Shown here: in pieces, positions 62,701 to 64,000 of the stretch
Layout: every line of letters begins with the position of its first letter
Position numbering within the stretch: position 1 is the stretch's first letter
Assembly (NCBI RefSeq): GCF_018977255.1
Contig: NW_024704743.1
Location: 17,052,001-17,116,000, forward strand
DNA length: 64,000 nucleotides
DNA from: Callorhinchus milii
Lineage: Eukaryota
Direction of reading: 5' to 3'
Position numbers and translations under genes: made by a program
Notes under the pieces: model-generated
Databases searched by the model: none
What the model was told of the DNA's origin: nothing
Seen by the model: the letters and a program-made list of their open reading frames with translations, nothing else

Positions 62701-63062
62701 CTGGAAATACCTAAGTGACAGTAACAAACCAAACAAACAGGGACCCGCTTGCAGTCCTCACAAAATTAATAATTAACAAAATGACCATAAGGGTACGAAA
62801 ACAGAATGATCTAACATTGCTGTTGTAAGATGTTATATATGTATGACTATATTTCAAGTGGTCCGTTTACAGAACAAAACATTCAGATACCTTTCGTTTT
62901 TGGGGCATCGATTAGGAGTGCAAGGGGCTTTGGAGGCACAAGATCCAAATTCAAACTGATTGTCTTGGAGTCCAACGCATCGGGCAATGCAGGCACTTGG
63001 GTAGGTGCGGCCATTAAGGGCACAGACTGGTACAAATTGGTCAGCACAGTTACAGGGAAGTC
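47511..63062 (-). CDS. RECK: RECK, 3' part only (six coding exons; gene continues beyond the window end)
   Basis: Exons 63062-62891, 57161-56966, 56111-55904, 55681-55608, 55490-55335 and 47726-47511 splice in frame with GT-AG boundaries. They encode Kazal-like motifs and the recognisable RECK C-terminus ([16 protein letters not shown]...HVPLSAL). Confidence 0.95.
47935..50480 (-). mobile_element. L2-clade LINE, ~2.5 kb, decayed ORF2 (AP-endonuclease start, RT, 3' tail)
   Basis: DILALTETW...SGGGVALI endonuclease motifs (50161-50470); [10 protein letters not shown] and [10 protein letters not shown] motifs; LHWLP-RIQFK C-terminus; frameshifts and deletions. Confidence 0.92.
50950..53340 (+). 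mobile_element. L2-clade LINE, ~2.4 kb, decayed, inverted relative to the 47935-50480 copy
   Basis: Collinear with the neighbouring copy: ETW-like start, YADDTQLY at about 52376, [10 protein letters not shown]. Confidence 0.9.
52981..53297 (+). mobile_element. tRNA(Ala-like)-headed SINE, short form, nested inside an L2 fragment
   Basis: Head and tail as above; L2 sequence resumes at about 53298 (aacctgtctgcatcctccgcttagc). Confidence 0.85.
55335..55490 (-). CDS. RECK: RECK exon ([52 protein letters not shown])
   Basis: tgcag acceptor and CAG|gtaggt donor; 156 nt; VPQCDxFGY motif. Confidence 0.95.
55608..55681 (-). CDS. RECK: RECK exon ([24 protein letters not shown])
   Basis: ttcag acceptor and AAG|gtaac donor; 74 nt. 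Confidence 0.95.
55904..56111 (-). CDS. RECK: RECK exon ([39 protein letters not shown]...VTPPG)
   Basis: VCGHNGETY Kazal motif; tttgaag acceptor and G|gtaac donor; 208 nt. Confidence 0.96.
56966..57161 (-). CDS. RECK: RECK exon ([10 protein letters not shown]...[31 protein letters not shown])
   Basis: aaacag acceptor and CAG|gtatga donor; 196 nt; phase compatible. Confidence 0.95.
57252..57323. repeat. 36-bp tandem duplication in a RECK intron
   Basis: aaatttaggttagacaattgtgaataaaactgtgtg repeated with one mismatch. Confidence 0.95.
58190..58325 (+). mobile_element. RTE-clade LINE RT fragment
   Basis: Translates, with a frameshift, as TKVMFQSAP...[23 protein letters not shown], resembling the RTE/BovB KTEVMHQPAP...FTYLGS region. 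Confidence 0.6.
59600..60450 (+). mobile_element. L2 LINE 3' fragment with an internal 26-bp tandem duplication (60170-60221)
   Basis: LARLHWL..RIEFKIL motifs and L2 tail. Confidence 0.9.
62891..63062 (-). CDS. RECK: RECK exon ([42 protein letters not shown]...), Kazal-like
   Basis: [14 protein letters not shown] Kazal motif; ttcgcag acceptor and AG|gtatct donor; 172 nt. Confidence 0.96.
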
Positions 63063-64000
63063 CTGCGAAAATATTTATGAACAAATACAATTTTCTCAGT
63101 GAACATTTTTTCCTTCAGTTATCTTGATACACATTAACTTATTTCCCCACTTAAAAGAATCAGTTATTACATCCATCAGAGGTGCGGGTTTATCTCAACT
63201 AGAAAAGGTATTGATGTCTGAAGAGCTGGACTTGATCACTTACAATTGACAGACTGCACAGTAGCCCCACAGCTAAGGCCTGAGGACATTTCTAAATAGG
63301 GAGAGCTTGCCATGTACTCGCTCTCTTTTCTGCCCTTGTTGGGAGATGACGGGGGATTCAATAACTTGCCTTGAGTAACTTGGTTGAAGCAAAGGGTTAT
63401 TTCAACTCGAGCTTCACAAAACCTCTCCTTGTTCCTGACAGTGCCTTGAGAAGCTATCATAACTCAATATAAGGGGACAGGCTTTCAATGATTGTGGGCC
63501 ATACACTAGACCTTAAGGGTGGGGAAGAAGAGCTCCCAACATGATAAAAATCACTAGAGTATAAAACGCTCTGGTTAAACTACCTGAGATATTATTTTGG
63601 AGGGAAGGCTTTGACATACATGAACATGGACAATACCCAATGTAACCAGTGATAGAGCACTTCATACAACCATGAAATATCAGAATCGAGTTGATTTTCT
63701 GTGGGAGGATCAGAGACAGACAGGTCTGCATGATGTGAAGGGATTGCTTATGACAGGTCATCAGCTAAGGCCTTTTGATGGACTTTGAGGTGCAGAACAG
63801 TGACTAGGTCAGGGATTCTTCCCGTTAACCCTGCAAGATTAAGCCCTAACAGGTAGCTTGATCCTGACTGGTAAAGTAGCAGGAAGTATGGCAAACAGTG
63901 CTCTCAATGGCAAGGTATGGACTTAGCTGATTAAACCCCAGCAGTTCCTCACCACACATTCTGGGGTCCCCAAGCCTTGGCTCTTGCCAATGTGCACCCA

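Overview
Vertebrate genomic DNA, almost certainly from a cartilaginous fish (repeat content and compact introns suggest a holocephalan; this is inference). Two genes lie in tandem on the minus strand. (1) The last six coding exons of RECK (63062 down to the stop at 47511), encoding Kazal-like domains and a GPI-anchor signal. (2) A complete 9-coding-exon BMP type I receptor gene (ATG 24010, stop 13685; 1533 nt, 510 aa). Its exon structure matches ACVR1/ALK2, but its residues point to the acvr1l (alk8-type) paralogue. It has a CpG-island promoter at about 36.9-37.9 kb with a duplicated 16-bp CRE-containing element and a 9-unit GC-box/CAGAC minisatellite, and a repeat-free 3'UTR of about 1.9 kb. 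The rest is mostly decayed L2, CR1 and RTE LINE fragments, a young tRNA-Ala-headed SINE, older Deu-domain SINEs, MITEs, a Penelope-type repeat with a minimal hammerhead ribozyme core, a decayed 28S rRNA fragment and an unclassified ~550-bp repeat. I found no convincing wholly new biological system. The best leads are the paralogue identity and synteny, the promoter architecture and several repeat-derived RNA structures. All comparisons to reference genes and repeat families are from memory, not database searches.
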